From: Chitinophagales bacterium
GTDB lineage: Bacteria; Bacteroidota; Bacteroidia; Chitinophagales; Saprospiraceae
Length of the DNA stretch: 64,000 nucleotides
Direction of reading: 5' to 3'
Assembly: GCA_038240665.1 (NCBI GenBank)
Contig: JBBRGN010000001.1
Location: 1,341 to 65,340 of the forward strand
Part shown: piece after piece, positions 1 through 8,500 of the stretch
Numbering within the stretch: the stretch's first letter is position 1
Layout: each line of letters opens with the position of its first letter
Notes under the pieces: generated by a model
What the model was told of the DNA's origin: nothing
The model's input: the letters and a program-made list of their open reading frames with translations, nothing else
The model's database searches: none
Position numbers and translations under genes: made by a program

Positions 1-588
1 TATCCTTTTTATCGCCAGGTTTTTTTGGATGAACAAGTCGGCCAATTGTTGCACCTCTCGGCGTTGTCGCCCAATCGGGTAAAGGAACAGGTCAGCCAAA
101 CCGGTCAGGACCTCGACTTCCAAGGTTTGCCCTTGATGAGTCAGATCTCGGTTTATGAATCAGAAAGTTACTTGCGCAATGTGTTGTTGCGGGATACGGA
201 TCAAATGAGTATGGCACACGCCTTGGAGGTTCGCGAGCCCTTTATGGATCGCGATGTAGTGGCCTTGGCGCTACGCATTCCTGATGCGGCGAAAAGCGGT
301 CGGCACGCCAAACAATTGCTGGTTGACGCCTTTGGTGATTTGCTACCGGCTGAAATCATTTACCGCCCCAAGATGGGTTTCACCTTGCCATTTGAGGAAT
401 GGATGCGGGGAGATTTACGCGATTTTTGTGCCCAACAATTGGTGTCGCTGGGGCAGCGTCCGCTATTTGTGGCGAAAACCATCCAGCGGTTGTGGCAAGA
501 TTTTTTGTTGGGCAAAAAAACGGTGTCTTGGTCGAGGGTCTGGACGCTCGTGGTGTTGGGATATTGGTTGGATAAAAATGGGTTGTAG
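1..588 (+). CDS. asnB: Asparagine synthase (glutamine-hydrolysing) family amidotransferase, C-terminal part (5' end outside window)
   Basis: Open frame from base 1; motifs LLRDTDQMSMAHALEVREPFMD and RPKMGFTLP; polysaccharide-locus context. Confidence 0.9.
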   Translation, partial: YPFYRQVFLDEQVGQLLHLSALSPNRVKEQVSQTGQDLDFQGLPLMSQISVYESESYLRNVLLRDTDQMSMAHALEVREPFMDRDVVALALRIPDAAKSGRHAKQLLVDAFGDLLPAEIIYRPKMGFTLPFEEWMRGDLRDFCAQQLVSLGQRPLFVAKTIQRLWQDFLLGKKTVSWSRVWTLVVLGYWLDKNGL

Positions 589-706
589 GGGAATGAGGGC
601 CCTGCATACCTATTGGATATGTACCTACGCAAAAGTATTTATTTTTGGTTTTTAACATTTTACGTATTGCATTAAAATAACTAATTTTTAATCCAAGCGC
701 TAGCTA

Positions 707-1009
707 CGTAGGGACGTGATGTGCATCTTGACATACCAACTACATCACGTCCCTACGGGACTTAAATGCCATCAATTCTGCCTAATCTACCCATATTTTG
801 CCCCTACGGGGCTACAAGCGCCAATGGTCCTAATCGGTTATTCTACCTACATTAAGCCCCTACCTTGGCAAGACCGTTGACTTGACAGAAAATGGATTAT
901 CCTGAAACCAATCTCTTGACGAATGCTCTAGCCCCGTAGGGGCAAAATATGGGTAGAAACAATCGATTACCCGCCGTTTAAGTCCCGTAGGGACGTGATG
1001 TGGAGGTAT
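707..1009. repeat. Cluster of REP-like palindromic repeats downstream of tnpA
   Basis: 742-766 and 786-814 are exact reverse complements of 977-1001 and 929-957; 707-722 is the exact reverse complement of 742-757; degenerate copy at 841-869; core hairpins GTCCCTACGGGAC and GCCCCTACGGGGC. Confidence 0.92.
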
Positions 1010-1016
1010 TTTTGCA

Positions 1017-1478
1017 CTATTCCAGCGCTTTGAAAATATAACGCTCGTCAAACGCTATTCCAAATTTTTTTAACATATCAACATACTCCTCCAGAAAGCT
1101 TATTTTGGCATGGTGTTCTTCTTGTTCCTGGATGTATTTAACGACCTTTTGAACCTGGCTTTTACTGTGGGAAAAAGCACCATAACCCTCCTGCCAGTTG
1201 AAATACTGAGGCACAAATCGTTTTTTATTGATCCAGCCAGAGCTATCCTCTTTGACTTGTTTGATTAAATCAGCAACAAATTGTGTTGGACGCAACCCTA
1301 TAAACAGGTGCACATGATCAGCCATACCATTAATTTGCAGCACTTTATGCCCATTATTATGTACAACGCCCGTAATGTAGGCGAAAAGTTCAGGCCGCCA
1401 AGATTGGTCAAGAATTGCTTCCCGGTATTTGGGAGCAAAGACGTAGTGGATGTGAATTTGGGTATAGGTATTGGCCAT
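1017..1478 (-). CDS. tnpA: IS200/IS605-superfamily Y1 (HUH) transposase, RAYT-like, no tnpB
   Basis: 153 aa; HYVFAPKYR N-terminus, HUH motif DHVH, WQEGYGAFS, catalytic YxxxQ (KYIQEQEEHH). Confidence 0.93.
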   Translation of the reverse strand: MANTYTQIHIHYVFAPKYREAILDQSWRPELFAYITGVVHNNGHKVLQINGMADHVHLFIGLRPTQFVADLIKQVKEDSSGWINKKRFVPQYFNWQEGYGAFSHSKSQVQKVVKYIQEQEEHHAKISFLEEYVDMLKKFGIAFDERYIFKALE

Positions 1479-1537
1479 AATTACAGGATGTTTGCAATGT
1501 GCTAATAAATATAGAAAAAAACCTTTAAAGATGCCCT

Positions 1538-1610
1538 CATCACGTCCCCCAAAGGACTTAAACCGGGGGTAGCCGATCGTTTCTACCCATATTTTGCCCC
1601 TACCAGGGCT
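1538..1610. repeat. REP-like repeat module upstream of tnpA
   Basis: CATCACGTCCCCCAAAGGACTTAAA-19 nt-TCTACCCATATTTTGCCCCTACCAGGGCT, a diverged copy of 742-814. Confidence 0.88.
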
Positions 1611-1882
1611 TGCGCTTATCCTAAAAATTGGTTATTCAGCATCACTCTTCTTAATAGTCAATGACATCGCCTTGAAGGGGGAGCACTTTTTCAGTAAGGA
1701 TATCATCGTGTACCTGATCAGAAACGAGCATGCTATAAAGGATTAGCACGCTGAACTCCCCTTCTAAGGTTCTGATAAGCCATCACGCTGCAAAATCCAA
1801 TCCAAATTTCTTTAATTCATAACCCACGCGAAGCATAAAAAACACTACCCCCCTCCTAATACTGGCCCTCGGCAGCACCCTA

Positions 1883-3208
1883 TTGCTGTTGTTTCCGGCA
1901 TTGGCCATGCATCCCCTCCCGACCTTAACGATTTTTGTATTGCTGTTGCTGTCGTTGCTGCGCGATAGCCGCCAAGGATTGATATTTTTTGAACTCCTGA
2001 TGGTATTGGCTTGTCTGCAATATTGGGTTGCGCCCAGTTTGGCCTATTTTTGGGAAAAGGTAGCGCCAGCGCAGGTAATCAACCCCATGCCCATTGCCGC
2101 CAACCGCTATGGAACAACGGTATTGCCGCTGGTAATTGCGCTTTGGCTGGGCACGGAAGTCGGCCATTTTTTTTCACCTAAAAAAGAAATACCGCGCCCG
2201 AAAGACATACAACAATGGCTGAGTCGACAAACACGACTGCCTTATATGCTGCTCGGCGGCGGCGTTATCGCTACTTTGATCGCTCCCATTACCCCGGCCA
2301 TGTTGCGTTTGCCAGTCTATTTTGCCCAACAATTGCTTTTGGTGGGGAGCTTGCACCTGCTTTTTTTACCGCAAAAAAAATGGGGACATTTTTGGGTGCT
2401 GACGGCAATTGGCGGATTTTTGTTGATTCAAGCCTTGAAAACGACCATGCTGGGACCACTGGTTTGGTTCATCCTGATCGTTTTACTGTATGTCCAGTGG
2501 TTGGTGCGCTGGTCGATGGGGCGGATAGTGGTTTTGGCGCTGGTTGGCGTTTTGCTGACCTTGAGTATCCTGAGTTGGAAATACGATTACCGCGAACAAG
2601 TAAAAACCACGGAATCCTGGACAGGCAAGGTGGAAAAACTTAAAGTGGTACTGCAAAAACGCTTGCAATACCCCCTCGAGCCAAGGCATTGGAACCGCGC
2701 GCTTTGTCGGCTGAATCAAGGCTACCTTACCGCGCTGGCGCTGCGTTATGTACCAAAACAACAAGCCTTTGTACGGGGGGAAACCATCCACATTGCTTTG
2801 TTGGGTTCACTGGTTCCGCGATTGTTGTGGCCCAACAAACCACAATCCGGCGGAAAAGTCAATTTTGAGCGTTTTACCGGCGAGCACCTGGGAGCTGGCG
2901 TCAGCATGAACATTGGCCCCCTGGGTGATGCTTACGTCAACTTTGGTGTTGGTGGCGGTGTTGTTTTTATGTTTTTATACGGTTTGGCGCTGCGGCTACT
3001 TTTCCAAGTTTTTTTGGCTTTTGTGCCCGTTTATCCGCTGTTGCTGTTGTGGTTGCCTTTGGTTTTCACCCCTTTATTGAAAGTAGAAACCGATGTGTTG
3101 ACGGTGTTCAATCATGCGGTAAAGTCAACCTTGTTCGTGATCTGCACCACCTTCATCCTATATCATACATCCTTCATCCTTAAGAACAATGTACACCCTA
3201 GGACTTAA
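1883..3208 (+). CDS. Multi-TM membrane protein, probable Wzy-like polysaccharide polymerase
   Basis: About 10 hydrophobic segments, periplasmic loop with RLNQG and VPRLLWPNKP, GDAYVNFG; locus context; start uncertain (frame open back to ATA at 1835). Confidence 0.65.
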   Translation: MLLFPALAMHPLPTLTIFVLLLLSLLRDSRQGLIFFELLMVLACLQYWVAPSLAYFWEKVAPAQVINPMPIAANRYGTTVLPLVIALWLGTEVGHFFSPKKEIPRPKDIQQWLSRQTRLPYMLLGGGVIATLIAPITPAMLRLPVYFAQQLLLVGSLHLLFLPQKKWGHFWVLTAIGGFLLIQALKTTMLGPLVWFILIVLLYVQWLVRWSMGRIVVLALVGVLLTLSILSWKYDYREQVKTTESWTGKVEKLKVVLQKRLQYPLEPRHWNRALCRLNQGYLTALALRYVPKQQAFVRGETIHIALLGSLVPRLLWPNKPQSGGKVNFERFTGEHLGAGVSMNIGPLGDAYVNFGVGGGVVFMFLYGLALRLLFQVFLAFVPVYPLLLLWLPLVFTPLLKVETDVLTVFNHAVKSTLFVICTTFILYHTSFILKNNVHPRT

Positions 3209-4916
3209 TGCTTACCACGGCGATTCATCGGCCTGCATTTACCGCGACAATGAGCTGATCGCTGCCACTGAAGAAGAACGCATTCGTCGGATCAAATACT
3301 GGGCGGGCCTACCTACCGAAGCGATTAAATTCTGTTTGCAAAAAGCCGGCATCACCCTCGATGAGGTGGATGTAATTGCCGTATCGCGCAATCCTTTGGC
3401 TAAAATTGGGGAAAAAGCTTGGTACGCGCTCCGCAATGGGGCGCTGTTTAATACCGTTCGCGAGCGGGTAAAAAACTCGTTTAGCATCCGTTCACTCAAG
3501 GAAGACATTGCCGCTGCCTTGGGGTACAATCCCGCAGAACTCAAGGCAAAAATTTCATTTGTAGAACAACACCGCAGCCACATGGCCTCGGCTTTTTTTG
3601 TCTCACCTTTTGAAGAATGCGCCATTCTTACCCTTGACGGGATGGGCGATTTCACCTCCACCATGCGCGGCGTAGGCAAAGGTTTAAAAATTGAGGTCAT
3701 CGATAGCGTTTCCTACCCCCATTCCTTGGGGATGATGTATACCGCGTTTACGCAGTACTTAGGTTTCCCTTATTATGGCGACGAATACAAAGTAATGGGT
3801 TTGGCTCCTTATGGCTCCCCCACCTTGTTGGATAAAGTAGCGGATGTCGTTTTTTTAAAAAAGAATGGGTTGTTTGAATTGAACCCCAAGTATTTCCGTC
3901 ATTTCAAGGAAGGCGTAACGATGAGCTGGCAAGGAGGCGATCCCCATGTGGAAGCCATTTTTTCAGAAGAAATGGTAAAACAGTTTGGTCCGGCGCGACA
4001 AAAAGAGGAACCCCTTACCGATTACCACCGCAACCTGGCTACCTCCGTACAGCGATTCACCGAGCAGGTGATTTTTCACGTGGCGGAGGATTTGTACAAA
4101 AAAACGGGACTTAAAAACCTGTGTATTGCTGGAGGGGTGGCGCAAAATTCGGTGGCCAACGGTAAATTTTTGCAGTCTACTTCTTTTGAACGGGTATTTA
4201 TCCCTCCTGCTGGCCATGATGCAGGAACCGCTTCTGGCGCTGCCTTATATGACATCCACCAGCTTAAACAACACCCTCGCGCGGCCTTTACCCACCAAGC
4301 CCATACGGGCGCACAATTCAGTAACGAAGAAATTGAAGCGTACTTGCGCACCCGCGGGATCGATTACACCCGCTATGCTGATGACGATTTGTTTGAAGTA
4401 GTCAGCGATGCCTTGATGCAAGCCAAGGTGATCGGCTGGTTTCAGGGGCGTGCTGAGTTTGGTCCGCGGGCGCTGGGCAATCGTTCGATCATCGTTGACC
4501 CCAGCCGAATGGATGCCAAAGACCTCTTGAATGCAAAAATCAAACGCCGCGAAAGTTTTAGGCCGTTTGCACCGTCGATACTTAAAGAAGCCACGGCCGA
4601 TTATTTCGAACAAGTGGACGATGTGCCCTTTATGGAAAAAGTGTTTTTGATTCGCGAAGAAAAACGCGCCAGCATTCCCGCAGTCACCCATGTAGATGGC
4701 ACTGGTCGCTTACAAACCGTGGAAGAAAAAGACAATCCGCGGTACTACCGTTTGATCAAGCGGTTTGGTGAAAAATCGGGCGTACCCATTTTGCTCAATA
4801 CCTCTTTTAACGAAAACGAACCCATCGTCAACACCCCAGAACATGCCTTGGAGTGTTATCTGCGTACCCAAATGGACATGTTAGTGTTGGAAAATTGTGT
4901 GATCCAGCGTTCATGA
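3189..4916 (+). CDS. Carbamoyltransferase (NodU/CmcH family)
   Basis: GLNAYHGDSS, EEERIRR, DEYKVMGLAPYG, AGGVAQN, EFGPRALGNRS, RESFRPFAP, HVDGTGRLQTV, LNTSFN. Confidence 0.95.
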   Translation: MYTLGLNAYHGDSSACIYRDNELIAATEEERIRRIKYWAGLPTEAIKFCLQKAGITLDEVDVIAVSRNPLAKIGEKAWYALRNGALFNTVRERVKNSFSIRSLKEDIAAALGYNPAELKAKISFVEQHRSHMASAFFVSPFEECAILTLDGMGDFTSTMRGVGKGLKIEVIDSVSYPHSLGMMYTAFTQYLGFPYYGDEYKVMGLAPYGSPTLLDKVADVVFLKKNGLFELNPKYFRHFKEGVTMSWQGGDPHVEAIFSEEMVKQFGPARQKEEPLTDYHRNLATSVQRFTEQVIFHVAEDLYKKTGLKNLCIAGGVAQNSVANGKFLQSTSFERVFIPPAGHDAGTASGAALYDIHQLKQHPRAAFTHQAHTGAQFSNEEIEAYLRTRGIDYTRYADDDLFEVVSDALMQAKVIGWFQGRAEFGPRALGNRSIIVDPSRMDAKDLLNAKIKRRESFRPFAPSILKEATADYFEQVDDVPFMEKVFLIREEKRASIPAVTHVDGTGRLQTVEEKDNPRYYRLIKRFGEKSGVPILLNTSFNENEPIVNTPEHALECYLRTQMDMLVLENCVIQRS

Positions 4917-5668
4917 AAGTCACCCTGATCACCGCTACCTACAACAGTGCGGCCACCATCCGCGATACCCTGGATTGCATAGCAGCCCAAGACCATCCCG
5001 ATATTGAACACATCATCGTGGATGGGGTCTCCCAGGATGCTACTTTGGCCATTGTGGCCGAGTATCCACACGTGGCCAAAGTCATTTGCGAACCTGACAA
5101 AGGCCTTTACGATGCCATGAATAAGGGCATCCGCGCGGCGAGTGGCGAGGTGATTGGAATCTTAAATTCCGACGATTTTTATGGGCATTCGCAGTTAATC
5201 AGCAGGGTAGTAGCTTTAATGAAAAAAACCGGTGCCGATACCCTGTATGCTGATTTGGAATACGTGGATGCCCTCCAAACCGATAAAGTGGTGCGGCATT
5301 GGAAGTCGCAGGCTTATGATTCGCAATTGTTTTACCAAGGTTGGATGCCGCCCCATCCTACTTTTTTTGTTCGGAAGGAGGTGTACGCGCAATATGGCGG
5401 TTTCCTTACTTCCTTGCGCTTTGCGGCAGATTATGAATTGATGTTGCGGTTTTTACTGCGACATGGGGTTTCTACCGCTTACTTACCCGAGGTAGCGACC
5501 AAAATGCGCATGGGCGGGTTGAGCAATGCGGGTTGGAAAAACCGTTGGAAGGCCAACCGCGAAGATCGTGAGGCTTGGCGTTTGAATGGTTTGCAGCCGC
5601 GGTTTTTTACGATTGTACTGAAGCCGTTAAGGAAAATTGGGCAGTTTTTACCGCAGCTAAGGGGGTGA
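4913..5668 (+). CDS. Glycosyltransferase family 2 (WcaE-like)
   Basis: MKVTLITATYNS start overlapping the upstream stop (ATGA); EPDKGLYDAMNKGI, LNSDD, PPHPTFF, AADYE. Confidence 0.93.
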   Translation: MKVTLITATYNSAATIRDTLDCIAAQDHPDIEHIIVDGVSQDATLAIVAEYPHVAKVICEPDKGLYDAMNKGIRAASGEVIGILNSDDFYGHSQLISRVVALMKKTGADTLYADLEYVDALQTDKVVRHWKSQAYDSQLFYQGWMPPHPTFFVRKEVYAQYGGFLTSLRFAADYELMLRFLLRHGVSTAYLPEVATKMRMGGLSNAGWKNRWKANREDREAWRLNGLQPRFFTIVLKPLRKIGQFLPQLRG

Positions 5669-5719
5669 ACAAGGGTGTTTTTTGATATCGCCTTTTTTTC
5701 CTGAGGAACGGCCTGGTCT

Positions 5720-5854
5720 TTTTGCACCAGGGCAAACGCATGAATGCCAGAAGCGATCTCAGAGAGGTCTAACGTTTGTAATATGCCCCCAACACGCAAA
5801 CCTTAGACCTCTCCGAGGTCAGTACTAATTCATGCGTTTGCCCTACTTTTGCAC
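5720..5854. repeat. MITE-like nested inverted repeat with flanking 8-bp direct repeat
   Basis: 17-bp perfect IR 5729-5745/5828-5844; 24-bp IR (21/24) 5755-5778/5797-5820; TTTTGCAC at 5720-5727 and 5847-5854. Confidence 0.75.
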
Positions 5855-6149
5855 TGAGTGTAGTATTAATAAGCACCGTTTTTTTAGCATAACCTCCGGA
5901 CAACCCAGCAGCAGCGTTGAAATCAAAATTAAAAAAAAACAACCCTTTAAAAAGTGTAAAAAACCGCAATATAACGCACTTAAGAACTTGATTAACTCTC
6001 GGTGTAAGAAATGAGTGCGTAATAAGTTTCCTATTTTGGCGAGACTATTTTGTTGCCAAAATAGACAATTTATTTTCAAATCATTCCTACCTTTATACTC
6101 AAATTCAAATCCTAGTGTACCTTTTCTAGTAACAAACAGTCAAAAGAAA

Positions 6150-7304
6150 ATGAAGAAAAAAGCCCTACTTACAGGAATCACCGGCCAAGATGGAGCCTAT
6201 CTATCTGAGCTGCTATTGGCCAAAGGCTATGAAGTACACGGCATCAAACGCCGCAGCTCCATGTTCAATACCCAGCGGATCGACCATTTGTATCAAGATC
6301 CACACGATACAGATTTGAAATTTGTGCTCCACTACGGCGATCTTACCGATAGCACCAACCTGATCCGCATCATCCAAGAGGTACAACCCGATGAAATTTA
6401 TAACCTTGGCGCACAGTCGCATGTACAGGTAAGTTTTGAAACGCCTGAATACACTGCCAATTCTGACGCCATCGGTACTTTGCGCCTGCTCGAGGCCATC
6501 CGTTTGTTGGGATTAAGCGAAAAAACGCGTTTTTACCAGGCTTCCACCTCCGAATTGTACGGATTGGTGCAGGAAGTACCCCAATCGGAAAAAACGCCCT
6601 TTTATCCGCGTTCTCCTTATGCGGCGGCAAAACTTTATGCCTACTGGATCACCGTTAACTACCGGGAGGCGTACAACATGTTTGCTTGCAATGGCATCCT
6701 TTTTAACCACGAATCGCCGCTACGAGGAGAAACATTCGTCACCCGCAAAATCACCCGCGCGGCTGCTAAAATTGCGTTGGGTTTGCAGCAAAAGATATTC
6801 TTGGGCAACCTCGATGCCCAACGCGACTGGGGACACGCCAAAGATTACGTGGAAGCAATGTACTTGATGTTGCAACAGCCTGTAGCCGAAGATTATGTTG
6901 TTGCCACAGGAACCACGACTGAGGTACGCGAATTTGTCCGCATGAGTTTTCAGGAATTGGGCATTAGCGTAGATTTTTCAGGAACCGGTCAGGATGAAAA
7001 AGGAGTGATCACCGCTATTGATGCCAATAAATACCATTCCACTACGGGCATCGAACCAGGAGCCAGCGGAAAAATGGCGAAGGTAGGTCAGGAAGTGGTG
7101 GCCATTGACCCGCGTTATTTCCGGCCCACGGAGGTAGAGCTTTTGATTGGCGACCCCAGCAAGGCCAACCGACAACTGGGCTGGAAGCCCAAGTATGACC
7201 TTGCAGCATTGGTAGGGGAAATGGTGGCCGCCGATTTGGCGATTTTTAGAAAAGAGAAAATCTTACTCGAACACGGTTTTGATGTCCTACAACAGTTTGA
7301 ATAG
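6150..7304 (+). CDS. gmd: GDP-mannose 4,6-dehydratase
   Basis: [56 protein letters not shown]. Confidence 0.98.
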   Translation: MKKKALLTGITGQDGAYLSELLLAKGYEVHGIKRRSSMFNTQRIDHLYQDPHDTDLKFVLHYGDLTDSTNLIRIIQEVQPDEIYNLGAQSHVQVSFETPEYTANSDAIGTLRLLEAIRLLGLSEKTRFYQASTSELYGLVQEVPQSEKTPFYPRSPYAAAKLYAYWITVNYREAYNMFACNGILFNHESPLRGETFVTRKITRAAAKIALGLQQKIFLGNLDAQRDWGHAKDYVEAMYLMLQQPVAEDYVVATGTTTEVREFVRMSFQELGISVDFSGTGQDEKGVITAIDANKYHSTTGIEPGASGKMAKVGQEVVAIDPRYFRPTEVELLIGDPSKANRQLGWKPKYDLAALVGEMVAADLAIFRKEKILLEHGFDVLQQFE

Positions 7305-7313
7305 CCCTAGGTG

Positions 7314-8246
7314 ATGGAAAAAAATGCTAAAATATATATTGCTGGTCACCGCGGTATGGTGGGATCGGCATTGACGCGAAAGTTGCTGGCTGAAGGGTAT
7401 TCCAACTTGGTGGAAAGAACTTCAGCAGAATTGGATCTGCGCCAACAAACGGCGGTGGCTGATTTTTTTGCCAAAGAGCACCCGGAATACGTGTTCTTGG
7501 CCGCGGCTAAGGTGGGCGGTATCCTGGCGAACAATACTTATCGGGCGGATTTTTTGTACGATAATTTGATGATCCAGAACAACATCATCCAATCGGCTTA
7601 TGCTCATGGAGTGAAAAAACTGTTGTTTTTGGGTTCTTCCTGTATTTATCCCAAAATGGCGCCGCAACCGCTCAAGGAAGAATTCTTGCTCACCGGTTTA
7701 CTTGAACCTACCAACGAACCTTACGCCGTTGCCAAAATTACCGGTATCAAAATGTGCGATGCATTTCGTGATCAGTATGGTTGTAATTTTATTTCGGTGA
7801 TGCCCACCAATTTATATGGTCCAAACGACAACTACAATCTGCAGACGTCGCATGTGTTGCCGGCTTTGATCCGGAAGTTCCATGAGGCCAAACGCGATGG
7901 GCAGCCCAATGTAACGCTCTGGGGCAGTGGCGCGCCGCTCCGCGAATTTTTGCATACTGATGATTTGGCGGAGGCCTGCTTTTTTTTGATGCAGACTTAT
8001 GATGAGCCGGGGTTTGTCAACATTGGTACGGGGGTTGATCTTTCGATTAAGGCTTTGGCGGAAATGATCGGTGGCATTGTAGGTTACAAAGGTGATATCG
8101 TGTATGATACCAGCAAACCGGATGGTACTCCGCGCAAGTTGATGGATGTGTCGAAATTAAACTTGGCGGGTTGGAAAGCCAAGATCATGCTGGAGGATGG
8201 CATTCGCAGGGTGTATGCAGATTTGTATCAGGAAGATTGGTATTGA
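7314..8246 (+). CDS. fcl: GDP-L-fucose synthase
   Basis: [49 protein letters not shown]; follows gmd. Confidence 0.97.
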   Translation: MEKNAKIYIAGHRGMVGSALTRKLLAEGYSNLVERTSAELDLRQQTAVADFFAKEHPEYVFLAAAKVGGILANNTYRADFLYDNLMIQNNIIQSAYAHGVKKLLFLGSSCIYPKMAPQPLKEEFLLTGLLEPTNEPYAVAKITGIKMCDAFRDQYGCNFISVMPTNLYGPNDNYNLQTSHVLPALIRKFHEAKRDGQPNVTLWGSGAPLREFLHTDDLAEACFFLMQTYDEPGFVNIGTGVDLSIKALAEMIGGIVGYKGDIVYDTSKPDGTPRKLMDVSKLNLAGWKAKIMLEDGIRRVYADLYQEDWY

Positions 8247-8353
8247 GGAGCTTATCATTTTTAATGATGAATGATGAATTTGGTGCAAGGCCGTGAGTAG
8301 TTGGGTAATCTAATCCCCGGCAAGTGGTAGTAAGTCAATGTTGTGAACTACAC

Positions 8354-8394
8354 AAAAAGCCCCCCGATATGGCGATAACGGGGGGCTTTTTTTT
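8354..8394 (+). terminator. Rho-independent terminator after fcl
   Basis: AAAAAGCCCCCCG-loop-CGGGGGGCTTTTTTTT. Confidence 0.85.
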
Positions 8395-8428
8395 GCGCTT
8401 GGGTTGAAAAATTTAAAATCCTGTCAAT

Positions 8429-8456
8429 AGCTCCAGAGGAGCGACATGTCAATAGC
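8429..8456. repeat. Orphan REP-like hairpin
   Basis: GCTCC-AGA-GGAGC hairpin + 9 nt + ATAG, same geometry as GCCCC-GTA-GGGGC + 9 nt + GTAG at 931-956. Confidence 0.5.
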
Positions 8457-8488
8457 TTGACGATTTAATAAAATCCCCCAATTCTCCT

Positions 8489-8496
8489 TACCTTTG
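8489..8496 (+). promoter_or_regulatory. Bacteroidota -7 promoter element (TAnnTTTG), probably leaderless transcript
   Basis: TACCTTTG ends 4 nt before ATG 8501. Confidence 0.6.
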
Positions 8497-8500
8497 TTGC

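Larger units (their letters stand above)
702..1668. mobile_element. REPtron-like element: Y1 transposase gene flanked by hairpin (REP-like) repeat modules in inverted orientation
   Basis: tnpA at 1017-1478 with homologous repeat modules at 742-814, 929-1001 (inverted) and 1538-1610; ends approximate. Confidence 0.75.

Noticed and set aside
707-1610. Repeat-spacer pattern as a CRISPR array
   Set aside because: Two different repeat types in mixed orientations, only three modules, 19-nt spacers and no cas genes; it fits REP-like repeats around a Y1 transposase
1017-1882. IS605-type element with tnpB/omegaRNA
   Set aside because: No TnpB/IscB-like ORF on either side of tnpA
3150-3180. Short heptamer-like repeats (TTCATCC; also AATGATG at about 8263-8278)
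   Set aside because: Only 2-3 degenerate copies; too weak to call
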